Positions 1 to 15,028 of a stretch of DNA of 64,000 bases are shown here, piece after piece; within the stretch, counting starts at the first letter, position 1, and each line of letters opens with the position of its first letter. The position numbers were made by a program, and so were the translations under genes. The notes below the pieces were generated by a model. It worked only from the letters and a program-made list of their open reading frames with translations. It ran no database searches and was not told where the DNA came from. Origin of the DNA: Callorhinchus milii (lineage: Eukaryota); NCBI RefSeq assembly GCF_018977255.1, contig NW_024704743.1, positions 49,602,001 to 49,666,000 on the forward strand, read 5' to 3'.

Positions 1-205
<205 letters not shown>

Positions 206-1222
206 TGATGTATATTTTGTGGGTGTTTCGCAAAATACAAAATTCTTAAATGTGCAGATTTGCTGGGAGGTTTTGAACAATTACACATTTGTTTTGTTTA
301 GTCTTCGTAGTCTATGAACCATATACAACAACTCGCACTTCTCTAGTGTCTTTCACACAGATAATGTCTCATGACCTTCACAGGGAAGGTGTGGAAGATT
401 GAGAATGTGTGGAAGTAAAGAGTAGGAGAGGTGATTGTAGGCAATCGGGTCAAAAAGCTGAATTTTTAGAAGGATTTTTAAAGCCAGGAGAGGGAGTGTG
501 ACAGAGAAATTTTGAAAAAGCAAGGAGTAAAACAGAGAGTGGCTGAAATCTTCGCTGCAAGTGGTGGGATAGAAGGGGTGAGAATATCCAGTGCCTTGGG
601 ACGTCCTCCCGACGTGAAAGGCGTTATACAAATGTTATTTTGTAGTGTATTGTAGCCTGAGCAATGACAATAGGCAGTGTTTTCTGTAAATCAGTGCTGT
701 TTTGTCAGTGTATGTTTAGAATTAATAGTTAAACTCCACAAGATAGTAATGCACAACTGCAGGACATGCTCAAAGTCACAGCTCTCCTTGACAAACTAAA
801 ATTGGTAATTTTCCTGTTTTGTTGTGGTGAATGTCACTGTAATTTGTAAAGGGTTAAATAATCATTGTGGCAATCTCTGGAAAACACACAGCAGTGATGT
901 TCAATTTGGAACTTGCGATTCCTCTAAAGATGAAATGCGAAATTGAATCTGTGTTGGGATCTGGACATTGGGTGTATTAAATACTGTCTGATAGAAACTG
1001 CAACACACAAGGAGACTGTTTTGCCCATTCTGTTTGTGCTGTGATAGCTCTGCAGAGGAACCATCTGCTCTACATTTCCTTGCTGCATCCCCACAAGGAG
1101 AACGTTGATCAGAGTATGCAGCTTCCCTTAACAATAAACATCCAGAAGAACCTATTTTTTTAAATAGGTAGAATAATAGGTAGATTTTATTTGCAGCCTG
1201 AGAAAGCTGATAAAAGATTTAC

Positions 1223-1550
1223 GTTTTTTTGATCAGCCGGGTGTCTGACACATGCAGAAACCCATCATCGTGTTTAGTAGTATCCGAACCAAGCTGATAT
1301 TTCCATGCATCCCACCTAGACATGGAAATCCCAGAGATAAATTGTTGGAATGGAATGCATACTCTCTCTCTGGAGGGATGCATTTTGCTTACCTAATTCT
1401 GGAGAGTATTTGGTGCAGGTTGGCAAGAGCCAAGGCTTAGGGTCTCCAGAGTGTGGGTTGGGGTATGGCTGGAGTCTAACTAGCTAAAACTGCATAGCTT
1501 GTCATTGATATCACTGTCTGGTAAACTTTCTCGCGGCTTATCCAGGATTT
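1223..1550 (-). mobile_element. Unclassified poly(A)-tailed retroposon, 5'-truncated copy
   Basis: Reverse complement of the 3' half of 26050-26628; begins with a T-run then gatcagccgggtgtctgacac. Confidence 0.65.
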
Positions 1551-1666
1551 ATCATGTTATTCAGTAATTGATTCTGGGTGGCTTGCAGTCTAGAAAAGAG
1601 GTGCGTGTGGACCTTCTCTAGCAGATATATGGGTGTGGACCCTCTCTTGGGGATATATCCATTTGA

Positions 1667-2070
1667 CAGCTTGGCTCAGTTGGTAGCATTTTCACCTTTG
1701 AGAAGATAATAAGTTCAAGCCTCACAAAGGGTCTTTGAGCTATATCCAGGCTGATACCAATAGAGGGGGTTCTGCGTTGTCAGAGGTGCGGGCCTTCATA
1801 AGAAATATTAAAACTGTCTGCTTGTTGAGGTGAACATTAAATACCCCACAGCACTATTCAAAAAACAAAGGGAGTTTCTCGTGGCCAACAATCCCTCAGA
1901 TAAAAATGATCATTCGTTTCATGACTGTTTGTAGGACATTGCTGTACTCAAATTGGCTGCAGCGTTGTGCCTACAAATACACAAACACAACACTTTATAG
2001 TAAAATCTAGTGACTTCTTTGAGCTGTTCTCCAAACGTGAAAGACGCTATATTATATGCGTATTATTATA
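1667..2070 (+). mobile_element. DeuSINE-type tRNA SINE, near full length
   Basis: A box ggctcagttgg; Deu-like core gtcagaggtgc...aggtgaacattaaa...cagcactatt; L2-type tail gacgctat...tattatta. Confidence 0.8.
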
Positions 2071-2100
2071 AAATGTCAACATTTTTGTTTATTTCATTAG

Positions 2101-2288
2101 GTCTTGCGCAGTCTGGATCCTGGGGTTGTTTTGATGAATTTAATCGCATTGACCTACCCGTTCTCTCAGTGGCTGCTCAACAGATTGCTATAGTGCTGAC
2201 CTGTAAGAAGGAGCGTAAAAAGAGTTTCATATTCACAGATGGAGATTCTGTAGAAATGAATGCCGAATTTGGGATCTTCCTCACCATG
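2101..2288 (+). CDS. DNAH5: DNAH5 exon 2: [16 protein letters not shown]...FLTM, AAA1 Walker B
   Basis: Acceptor ttcattag|, donor |gtaagt; 188 nt. Confidence 0.96.
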
Positions 2289-3384
2289 GTAAGTCAATTT
2301 ATAATTTGGTGCACTTGGGCAAGGTAAGAAAACATAAAGCTCTTGCGCCCTGAGTTCAAATCCAGTCAGCTCTGAATAAGGCTGACACTGCACTCAGATG
2401 TTCAGACTTTTGACAATTCTATAAATTTATAGTTTGTAAATAGCTTTTCCTATGTGTGGAAAAAAGTTTTCTTTTGCTTTTTTTTACCTCTAACTCGTGT
2501 TGAATAGAATAGTCTGAGTGCAATATCGCTTACTGTGTCCTATGCTGTTTGTGTTGGAATATTCTGTTTTTAACAGCTGTATGTTCTGTGTGGCGGTGCC
2601 TTCACTGCTGCTGTTCTTCAGCTAATAAATTTATATTAACAATTGTTCAGTGTGTCTTGTTATAATTCCCTTTGGCAGCAGAAGTTGCTGTTGCGGTTAT
2701 TAGTAAACTGGTAAGTGTTACCTCTCACTTTAGACAGGGGCTTTATAAACTATGTGGAACGCAACTGAAAAGTACTGTATTGCAAATAGCATTTGCACAC
2801 AAAGCACACAGTCAAACCCCTTTACAGTAGATGCTGTGAAGTGTTTTGGGCCGTCATCCTGATGTGAAAGACACTTTATCAAATGAAAGTGTTATTATTC
2901 TAGCTTGAACTTCATTGAACAAAATGTTGCAGTTAAATTTCGAGTTGATTTATCACAAACCATAGAGCGTTTGTTATATTGTGGATGCTCACTGGTACCA
3001 TGCTTTAGATATTAATTCTCAGCCTAAGATTGTGACTCAATTAAGACCAAGAGGAACACATGACTGCTCTACCTACGTCAATGACATTGAGAGTGACCTG
3101 GCAGAGGAGGAGATGGGCTCCGAAGATCCTCAGAAAACAGGGATTTCTTACTTAAAGTATCATTTACAATTAAACTCTTGAAATCAATTATGAGAAGTGA
3201 GACTGATAGTTGCAAAGGTGTGTGATTCCTCACCTTCAGTGGATGACGGTTTCTGTGGTGAAAGGGTAAATTGGGGGAAAGGCCTCTCTATTCTCAGGGA
3301 GATTTGTTGGAGTATTTTTTGTCTGTTGTCTTGGTGTTACAGTGTTTACAGACTGCTGGAGTCGTGTGTCTACTAAGTTATTGA

Positions 3385-3717
<333 letters not shown>

Positions 3718-4274
3718 TAATGGATAGTATTTCTGGATAAATGGTGTGTGGGCACCTTGAAAGTTGCGTTTGGCCAGCGTTCACCAAAGCCAGCAACGCA
3801 ATAGTGGGAGCTGGGCACTGGCAGGGCCAGATGGTTAAGATGGTTGGGCGTCTTAATAACTACAGAGACCGGCTTTTAGGTGAAACAATATTGAAGTGGG
3901 GGATGTTTTTCACTTGGCAGCTTTCTGTAGGACATCGCCAGGAGCAGAATGTCTCATGATGTGTGAGACCGTGCATTGCATTGCCGCGTTGCTTCACCCA
4001 AATAAGTGATTAAAGCATGTTGAACTGAAAACTGCAATGGAGATCCATACTCAAATGGTTCAGCAATGAGATCCTCAGCTAACAACAGCAACAACAACAT
4101 GCCTTTGTATAGTGCCCTTCACACAGGGTAGTGTGTCTTGGAGCACTTAACAGTGGTGGTGCCTCACGCTGAGCTGGAAGGAAAAGATATTTTGAGGGGT
4201 CTGATTAGATTTTAGCTTGGATGCCCTCCTCCTGGCTCAGAATTAATATCCAGTCAGTAGCCTTGAGGAGCATG

Positions 4275-4735
4275 AAGATCCCAGGTTTCATTCCTGGGTT
4301 GTGCTTTGTTAGCTGGTTTTAGTCGGGAATGGCACTGAAGCTGCTACAAACAGCCTTAGTGATCTGTCTTAGAGAAATGGAATCTAGTTAGAGTTCCCAC
4401 TCATGATCCCCATCCAATGACCCGTGCTGGAGATGTGGGTGTGGGCGCTGGGTAGGGCAGGATTGGCCTGGCTGGTGTGATGAAGTTGGCCTCCGTTGTC
4501 AACTGTTTTAAGAAGAGGAAGGTCAGAGTTCCCAATCCTGGTCACTATTCATCGCCCCCTGCTGGAGGTGTGTGGACATTGACAGCAGTTGACGACAACA
4601 TCAGGCTGACCATCAGGCAGGCTCACGGGGCAATAATAGTCACTTGGGGGAGTTATCAGAGAGAACATGGCCCTCATACAACCATGTCCCCAGTATGAAA
4701 TAAAAGAATCAAATTCTTCAGGAGGGGAAGAAAAT
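4275..4735 (+). mobile_element. Old SINE-like element of a non-Deu family
   Basis: Shares motifs tgtgct..gttagctg, tgatc...tcca and ggctgtgatg with 38025-38200; purine-rich end ttcaggaggggaagaaaa. Confidence 0.5.
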
Positions 4736-4777
4736 GAATGAGAGGAAAAGAAAACTTGTGCACTATGTCCCCTCTAG

Positions 4778-4912
4778 GTACATTATGATTTTGGCCTGCG
4801 TAACATCTTATCAGTGTTGCGAACTTTGGGAGCTGCAAAACGTGCCAATCCCAATGATACTGAGTCTACCATTGTTATGCGTGTGCTTCGGGACATGAAC
4901 CTCTCTAAACTG
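4778..4912 (+). CDS. DNAH5: DNAH5 exon 4: [18 protein letters not shown]...DMNLSKL
   Basis: Acceptor ctctag|, donor |gtaagt; 135 nt; absent from the ORF track, translated by hand. Confidence 0.95.
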
Positions 4913-5842
4913 GTAAGTTTCTGTGAGATATTACAAAATACTGCAGGAATTAAGGCACGTTATTGAGCTACTTTTATATTCACTTTATTTTGTACAGTTT
5001 AATAATTGACTTTCACTGGTTTTGTCTCAATGTGTTCAAGAGTTTAAATTACTTTTCAGTCGTGTATATAAAAAAAATTACATAAACCTGCATTATGCAA
5101 TTATATTTATAATCTCTTTTAAAATACCTGTGGCAGTTAATTTCATATTCTATTTCTAAAGCAAAAGATCAAAGAAACCTTTAGACCATCAATTTAAAGA
5201 TTGTCAGAGAAAATCTTTAACACAAAATGAATATTGTACCAGCAAACATTCCTGATCTTTATGAGTAATAAACATCATGTTGTAATATTTAATCAGCTGT
5301 TTCATTTACTAAATAAGATTGAATAGTGCCTTTAAACATCCAAGTTTCCTTTAAATGTTAAAGTGATGGAGGGAAATTGTCCCTTGTGATGCATTGTGTT
5401 ATGATATTGTTAAAATATGCAACCAATTCTATCAGCTGATACAAATACAATGACTGGTTTGAGGGTATTATACCCTTTCTCCATGTGGATTATATTGCAG
5501 TGGTTGGGCCCAAAGCCAGTTTTGGATTTACTGACCTGCTAATTGTGGCATTGGTTATTATTATTTTGTTAATTTAAGCCCATATCCCATTAACTGATAG
5601 TCCATTGCATGTTTTCGGACCATCCAATTGTGACTGAGTTGAGGGGGAAGATTTCCCCCTGTGGACCAGTCAAAATCTTTAGTTATTTGGCACATTTTTC
5701 AACAAGGAATTAATGAACACATTGCAGAATGCAAATTTAATTTCACTTCTGGCTAGTACTGATTTAAGGAGCATTTCTTTTGTCTTTTTATGGACATTTT
5801 CACTATAACTGATCTGTGTTGAAATGCATTTTGCTGACTAAG

Positions 5843-5950
5843 ATTGATGAAGATGAGCCACTTTTCCTCAGTCTGATCGAAGACCTGTTTCCCGGTATTC
5901 AACTGGATAAAGCAGGATATCCACAACTGGAGGCTGCTATAGATAAACAG
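5843..5950 (+). CDS. DNAH5: DNAH5 exon 5: [17 protein letters not shown]...AIDKQ
   Basis: Atypical acceptor ctgactaag|, donor |gtaaaa; 108 nt. Confidence 0.93.
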
Positions 5951-6803
5951 GTAAAACCTGATGGAGCCCTTATTACCTGGTCCATGATACAAGTGCTTCC
6001 ATTTGACATAGTGGCTATGACATCAATTTCTTCGAGCACTTCATGGATAATTGCTGTTAAGTACAGTTTATGGGCATCATCTGTGTAGGCGTGCCTGCCT
6101 AAGTCGCTGTATTTTATAGGGCTGGATGCAGAGTATATAGAAGTAACTGAGTGGATAAGCTGACATGCATGCAGTGAGAAGGGAATCCTTTCACAGTTAA
6201 CAATGCTGCATTGCAGGGAATCTGTACAGTGACCTCCTGACTTTGATTCTGGGAAAACAAATAAATAATTTAGATTTTGATCAGTATTGGCTGACATGAT
6301 GTTTTCACAAGTACTACACAAGTAGAAATAAAGGGAGAATATGAATCAAACAGAGAAGCAACAATTCAGTTAAAGATGGGCTTTATCTGTGTGTTATTTC
6401 AAAGATATTACAACAACAACTTACAATTATTTAGTGTGCTTCATGTAGTAATACTGTACTTAACAGTATTAGTGAGCAACCATAATTACTGAGCAATTGT
6501 AAAGAGTACAGTAATTAGGGGCATCAACAAAGCTTTATAAATACTTATACTGGAAGTGCAACTACATAAACTTGTTAGTTCCTTTGCCTGATTTTATTTA
6601 AAACATTATATTATTGATTGTTCAGTTAGAGATAATAATATTTTAATAAGCTCTCGACTGCACTGAAATGATCTTGTGACCTCATGATACACTGAAACAG
6701 CTGTGCACAGTGTACAGTTAGACCTACAAAGGAAAAATAAATTGAGATGAATGCAACAATCAGGCTAACTGTTTTAATACCCAATAATAAATCTTTTTGT
6801 CAG

Positions 6804-6957
6804 GTTCAGGAAGCTGGACTGGTCAGTCATCCTCCCTGGAAACTAAAAGTTATTCAGCTCTTTGAGACTCAAAGAGTCAGACATGGAATGATGACGTTGG
6901 GGCCCAGTGGGGCTGGTAAAACAACCTGCATCCACACATTAATGAAAGCCATGACGG
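6804..6957 (+). CDS. DNAH5: DNAH5 exon 6: VQEAGL...GPSGAGKT...KAMT, AAA2 Walker A
   Basis: Acceptor tgtcag|, donor |gtaagc; 154 nt. Confidence 0.96.
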
Positions 6958-7149
6958 GTAAGCTGCACATTGACTAATATGAAACAGAGGATGAGAAAGA
7001 GTCATTTGGCCCCTAAAAACTCATCTTCCCAACACATAGCACCTAATCTCATTGTATTAATCACAATGTGTTTGGCTCTATATCCCCCACTTTCTTTACC
7101 TTTGAGGTACTGGCTTGGTTCAATTGATTGCATTCTCACCTCTTGTTAT

Positions 7150-7345
7150 GGGTTTAAGAATCCACATCAGAACTTGAGCTCACAGCCTATGCTGACACTT
7201 GTGTGCAGTACTGTGGGAGCACTGCAAAGCCTAAGATGCTGTCATTCAGAGGAGATGTAAAAAACAAGGTCTCATCTGCTTGTTCTGCAGGTGGATGTTA
7301 AAGATGGTTTTATATGGAAGGTAAAGGAGTTGCTCTTAGTGCCTG
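7150..7345 (+). mobile_element. DeuSINE fragment (core)
   Basis: gctgacact...cagtactgtgggagcactgca...caggtggatgttaaagat. Confidence 0.7.
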
Positions 7346-8008
7346 AGCATTGTTCCACTTTATTCATTGGTCATTCTGTGGCTAACTTGTCCAATGACGA
7401 AAATTAGCAACTTCAGACCAACCAATTCTGGGAAATTGGGGGAGGAGAGGTCACAACTGGGATAAGGAACAAAAATGATGTTATTATTATATCAGTCTGT
7501 TATTTTAGTTATGTTTTTAAGGTTATGTTGATAGTGCATGTAGATGTGACAATCAAACGTAAACAAAATAAGTCAAAGCATAGAGTTTAAAATGTAGCAT
7601 CTGTAAACTGAATAATAACCCTTGCAAATTGAATAATAATAATCCTTGCAATTGATATAATGTCTTATCACGTCTATGAGACGTCTCAAACCGCTTCACA
7701 GAATATGCTGTAAAGTGTAGTGACTGTGCATTTTGTGGGCGAAACGCATAATAATTTGCATGGTAATTTATTGAATGTCACAATCGTACCTGGGTTTTGC
7801 TTTCTGGATGTTTCTTGGTAGGCCTGAAAAGTCCAACAAAAGTTGGGAAAGCAAAAGAGCCTTTGATGAAGTTTGGGATCATGTTTGTTTTAGGAGATTT
7901 CACACTCAAACATGAAATAACAATTAGTATAGAAATGATGCATTTTTCGATCTTAATGTGAGGGGGTGCAGAATTATCGCCACTTATGAATGTACCTCCC
8001 TATTTCAG

Positions 8009-8155
8009 ACTGTGGACAACCACATCGTGAGATGAGAATGAATCCAAAGGCCATCACTGCACCTCAGATGTTTGGCCGGCTAGATGTAGCCACAAATGAC
8101 TGGACAGACGGCATCTTTTCAACTCTGTGGAGAAAAACTCTCAGGGCAAAGAAGG
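8009..8155 (+). CDS. DNAH5: DNAH5 exon 7: [23 protein letters not shown]...RAKK
   Basis: Acceptor tttcag|, donor |gtaagc; 147 nt. Confidence 0.96.
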
Positions 8156-8189
8156 GTAAGCAAAGAACAAAGCATGCGTAGAGCTGAAT

Positions 8190-8320
8190 GTCAGCCTGGC
8201 TCAGATGGTAGCACTCTTGCCTCTGAGTCAGAATAGTTCAAGGCTGAATGTCGGGACTTTGAGCTCATAGTCTAGTCTGTGAAGTGCTTTGAGAAATTTC
8301 TACGTGATAAGGTCCTATCT
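8190..8320 (+). mobile_element. Internally deleted SINE (head fused to tail)
   Basis: Head tcagcctggctcagatggtagcactcttgcctctgagtcag joined directly to tail tgtgaagtgctttgag. Confidence 0.7.
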
Positions 8321-8691
8321 TTATCAATTAATTTAACTGCTGCTATTTGATTGCAGGTACAAAGAATGCCAGGGGTAGCTATATTATAGACTGGTTTCTG
8401 ATTCTTGATTGACTGAATTGGACCAATTTATTGAACACCTAAATGTGGCCCAATTTGGAACTTGGATTTGAATGGCCTTTTTAAAAACAAATCCTCTTTA
8501 TCCAAACTATTCAATGGTGACTGTAGTTACATTTTTGAACTTCAAGAATAACTCTATTTTTTTAAAAAAAAACTTCTATTCCTTTTTGTAACATTTTTGT
8601 GCTCATCAAGGATTCACTTCCACAAACTAATAAGATGTGTTCCTATCTTATTCTCCTGAGGCCAGGAATAAAGCTATCACATGCTGAGTAA

Positions 8692-9135
8692 AATAATAAT
8701 AATTGTAATCCTTGCATTTCAAATAGCACCTCATCCCACCCCAAAAGCATCTCAAAGTACTTCACATAGCTTACTATAAAAGTCGTGACTGTGTATTTGT
8801 AGGCCAAAATAGTAGCCAATTACACACAACAAATTAGTAAATTAATGTTTCCACAACAGTCATCAAGTAGATGACCAATATTTTTAATTGTGGGATTGTC
8901 CGCCAAAACCCAGAGAGGACCTTCTCTTCTGTTTTCAAATAGTGCCATGGGATCTTTAATGTTCATCTGAGTAGATAGACATGACCGCAGTTTAACATCT
9001 CATCCAAATCATGACACCTCTGACAATGCAGTGCTCCCTCAACACTACACTAGAGAGTCAGCCATGAGTTCAATTCCCCAACATGAGGTTCACACCACAA
9101 TCTCCTGACTACTACGAACTGAACCATGTTGGTGC
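8692..9135 (-). mobile_element. DeuSINE, near full length, antisense
   Basis: aataat...ccttgcatttcaaatagc tail and atagtgccatgggatctttaatgttcatctg core, both reverse complemented. Confidence 0.8.
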
Positions 9136-9639
9136 CTCCTCCTTCTTAAACCTAGGTATGCCTAAAGTATATTTCCTCTAAACATTTCAGATGACTTAGT
9201 ACCATCTTTGTGATTCTGAATACAATTGATATTTTAATGCCAATTTGTACAGTATTTTTGGGAGACATTTGCCTACAGATAGATGTCAGAGCATGTACAC
9301 CATACATGCCTTGAATTACAATTTCATTTTGTAGCAACAACAGACCACTCGAACATTTTTTGGGGTTAATTTTCTTTTATCTGTTGAAAGAATGAACTGG
9401 ATTACTGAAATGGTAAATCTAAAAACTACCAGCCTGAAATTAATGGAAAATTTATTCTGGCCCGGGCTTAATTTGAAAGGATATATTCCATAAGTCCGAG
9501 GGCCCTCGTGGGTTAACACATTACTTTTCAGAGCGTTCAATGCAAAGTCATCAAATGAGGACCTCAGAGTTTAACACAGTTGCGTTTAAGCAAACTGGAC
9601 AAACTTTCTGTTCAAATATTTATAAACAAAATGCAATTT

Positions 9640-11003
<1,364 letters not shown>

Positions 11004-11568
11004 TAATAAATTGCTGGAGTATCAAAGCTTTTTTGATTCTTAACTTAAATTTCTTTTAGCATACTAATCCATATATTTAGACCATTAGCATTCATAGTTG
11101 GAAGCCAATGTGAGTGTCTGATAGCAAGTAGAAGTTTCAAAAGCAAAGTTATACTATAACTGAATTTGATCAAATTTTAGACATGGTGAGGGGTGCAATC
11201 TGTTTGCTTTATTTGTATGAATTGTAGAGCAATTATATATATATTAAATATAATTTTTATAATTTGTGTAGTTCTTTCGGGAGGATGTCTCATAGCACAT
11301 CATAAAATATACTGTGGAGTATATACTGTATTTTACTGTATACTGTACTGTGTACTGTAGTTTCGCCCACAAAATATGCAGTCAATCTGCTTTACGGTAT
11401 ATCCTGTGAAGTGCTTTGAGGCGTCTCAATGATGTGGTAAGCCACCATATCAAATTCAAGGATTATTATATTATTATTTTGTAGGCAAACTAATTCAGCC
11501 TGGTAAAATGTGAATATTATTCTGTGATTCATTTTGCGATTTTTATTATTTCTAATGTTTTACTCCAG

Positions 11569-11745
11569 GGATGGCTGAAGAAACGGTCTTTACAGGAAGC
11601 TGAAGTTTTGAGGCGATTATACGCAGTGTCCTTTGCAGAGCTGTACCGTTTCAGTGTCCACTCACTGGAGTATAAAATGGAAATGCTGGAGGCTTTTGTC
11701 ATCATGCAAAGCATTAACATGTTGGATGGCCTTATTCCACCAAAG
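11569..11745 (+). CDS. DNAH5: DNAH5 exon 9: GWLKKRS...GLIPPK (GC donor)
   Basis: Acceptor ctccag|, donor AAG|gcaagt; 177 nt; phase 0 matches the next exon EQGGE. Confidence 0.92.
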
Positions 11746-12692
11746 GCAAGTTTAGATTATAATAAATTACTTCTACAGTAAAGTCACTCATGTAAAAATT
11801 ATGGTTGACCTTGTTCTTTGCGTTCACCAGTTCGTTACCAGAGGCCTCTTAGGTAGGGAAAATATCAGTCACTACATCAGAATAATATGAATTAGGACAT
11901 TTTAGAAAAGTCTCCCATTGTGTCAGCTAGAGATGCTTCCTGTTGTATCTCTCTCACATTAGTAACATTTACAGCACTGCTAGCTTGCTTATAAGATGAA
12001 TGTATCAGGCATACGACTGGTGAAGTCACGAGGCAGAAACTCTGATCAGAGATTGCGCCTCATGATTCATGGATTCCCAACTCCCGTGTTATATCAGTGG
12101 TGCACTCGATTTCTCCTAGTTTAAAGGTGCTGACTTATAAAGGCTTAAGTACTTGTAGAACACAGTGCAGCATCAATATGGGTCACCTGATGAATTCGCT
12201 ATCCTAGATAAAACACAACATTAAAAAACAGATATTTTCACAAAGAACATTTAGCTTTATGATGGATATGAGTTGTGCAAATGTGTAGCCTAATTGAGGG
12301 GTCGAAATCACAAAACAAATTGCACTTTTAAACATGGCTATCACATGCAAATATCTCAACATTCTAATGCTGCATGAATGCTCTGGTGGAAGAGCAACAT
12401 GGAGCAGGAAACCAGCTCCACATCACTGTAGTCATGGCCAAAGTCCCTCGTCCTACCCTACCCTTGATTTTAAAGCTCTCGCTGCTTAAGTGCTGAAGTT
12501 TAAAACCCTAAAATCAAGTCTTTGTTCTCTTCTGTTATTGAGGAGTGGGTCAGACGATTGGTTCTTTGATAACAGTGTCAGACGCTCTGTTCAAAGTTTC
12601 CGGCTCCCATTGGATGGATGTTGACATTGTATGGAATTTAAAGATATAAAGTTTGCATCTAATGTTGTAACTCAATCACAAACCTGTTTTAG

Positions 12693-12897
12693 GAGCAAGG
12701 TGGGGAAGTCACTCGAGAGCATTTGGAGAGACTTTATGTTTTCTCACTGATGTGGAGCATTGGGGCTTTGCTGGAGTTGGAGGACAGGAGGAAATTGGAG
12801 CTATGGCTACGGACCCATGAGACTGTACAGCTTAACCTGCCAAGCATTCCATCTGGTAGTGAGGACACAATGTTCGACTATGTTGTGCAGTCAGATG
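12693..12897 (+). CDS. DNAH5: DNAH5 exon 10: [22 protein letters not shown]...VQSD
   Basis: Acceptor ttttag|, donor |gtcagt; 205 nt. Confidence 0.94.
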
Positions 12898-13429
12898 GTC
12901 AGTAGCACTTTGTAATATTGCTTAATGCTGCATTTTTTTCACTTTATCTTGTTTCGCCCACAAAATATACAGTTACTGCACTTTACAGTATATTCCGTGA
13001 AGCGCTTTGAGACATCTAGAACACGTGATAAGTTGCTATATCAAATGCAAGGATTTTTATTATTTTACATATTGTTGCATTTGTTGGTTGACTGGTAAAT
13101 GTGAGAGCAAACAAAATTGCAATGAGTCTTTTGATCTAGTTGTGCATGCTTCAGTTGTGTTACATACTTAATAATCAAGGTATTGTGTAAGGGATGATTA
13201 CAGGGAAGCGTAGTTTGTCAAGGATATTCAAGGGCTGTTGTTCTTTAAGCTTTAGGAAATAACTTTCCATATCCAGAGAAAAAACGTTCAAAGTCCCTGG
13301 GTCAATTAAAATTCCTATTTGCCTGTTGTGTTAATGCAGGTTTTTAATATGCATTAAGTGAAGCTCCTCAGAATAATGATATGTCCTTATTTAATGTTAT
13401 TCATGGTGTTATTATTATTCCTCACCAAA

Positions 13430-14010
13430 CTTATATAACATAAAAAAGGTAAGAAAGAATTGAAGGAGAAAAAAGATATATGGTACTACAAGCCCAAATC
13501 TCCAATGGTAATTAAGTAAACCTCCACGTTATTCATTCACCCCACATTACTAATATTTAACTCTGCCCTATTTCCATCAACAGACATCACTGTCCCTCCC
13601 ACCCCCCAGGTCTCAGCAACCGTTGAGTATCCAGACAGATAATTCTCCAGTTCTTATTTGAAGAAGTTAATTGATGCAGCACTGAGTGCTTTTGTTGAAC
13701 ATGTGTTCCATATATCTACCACTTTATGGGGAAAATGATTTCATCTCATATCTATTCTGATTTCTTCACTTTAATTCTGTATCACCTAACTTTGTGCTTA
13801 TAGCCACAACAGCTCACATATATCTGAATAATTCATCCCTCAGCATTTTAAAGACCTGAATCATTTTCTTTCCTCCATTGAAAGCAAGTTTAACATCTTG
13901 ATTCTTACTTTATACCTAAACTCTCTAAGGCCCAGAATCATCTCTGTTGCTCTTCTCTGAACTTCTTCCAATGCATCAGTGTCATTTTGAGGTTAGGGGG
14001 TCAGACTTAC
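13430..14010 (-). mobile_element. Old CR1-type LINE 3' fragment
   Basis: Antisense CR1-like motifs ttccatatatctaccactttatggggaaaa and tgttgctcttctctgaacttcttccaatgca. Confidence 0.5.
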
Positions 14011-14885
14011 CCTGATTATAATAATAATAATGTGATAATAAATCTTGCATTTGATATAGCGCCTTATCACGTCGTTGAGATGTCTGAAAGCGCTTCACAG
14101 AATATGTGTATTTTGTGGGCAAGTGATTGTGAGTCAGCATGCTGTATCCATCTCTGTACTGGAGGGTTTCTTGTTGGACTGTGGTATGTGTTGAATAATG
14201 TTTACTTTACTATCCTGATTTAAAACTGTCTTGGGAACTGAGAACTGCTTGTTCCTTCATCTGAATCTGCTTTAATACTTAACGTTTCCATTTCTTTCGG
14301 TCACGGATCATTCTTCTCATGGTTAAAGCTGGGCTAACAATTTTGGAAGGTAACCAATGCTAACTGGTGCTGTCTTTTTGTAGCTATTTTGAAAATGTCA
14401 TTTTTTTAATGTGTTCTGCAAGAAGAGGCGGTGAAGGAGAGATTTATTTGTTTCAGTCCCCATGAAGTTATTTCCAAGCACATTCATCTGGTTTGAGAAT
14501 CATAGAAACATTGAGCTTTTCAGCACTAAAGGCATGGAATTTGACTGAGAACTGCTTATAATTTTGCCATATTTCTTCATTGTGTTAACTACAGCAGAGA
14601 GTTCAGCAGAACAGGACATTCTTGTTGTTTAATCCAATGAATCAAATGCATTTTGTGTACTTCACGCTGCATTGTGATATCCAACAAAAGAAATAAACAA
14701 AATAAATGATCACTGGATAGATAGATTGGAGCAAAAGGTACCTTATAATCAATTGCTTAGATCAAGTATAAATAAAATAGAATGAAACTGACCTTTCAGT
14801 TCTGAAGCATACTGTAAAATATGTAGTCCTCAGTGAATGACTTTTTGTTTGTGTGCATTTATGTAAATATGCATATTTTAACCAG

Positions 14886-15028
14886 GAAATTGGTTGCATT
14901 GGAATACACGGGTGGAAGAATACTATTATCCAACCGACAGCACTCCAGAATATGGCTCCATCCTCGTGCCTAATGTGGACAATGTGAGGACCGATTTCCT
15001 CATCCACACAATTGCAAAGCAGGGAAAG
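14886..15028 (+). CDS. DNAH5: DNAH5 exon 11: [13 protein letters not shown]...[13 protein letters not shown]...KQGK
   Basis: Acceptor aaccag|, donor |gtagac; 143 nt; translated by hand. Confidence 0.95.
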
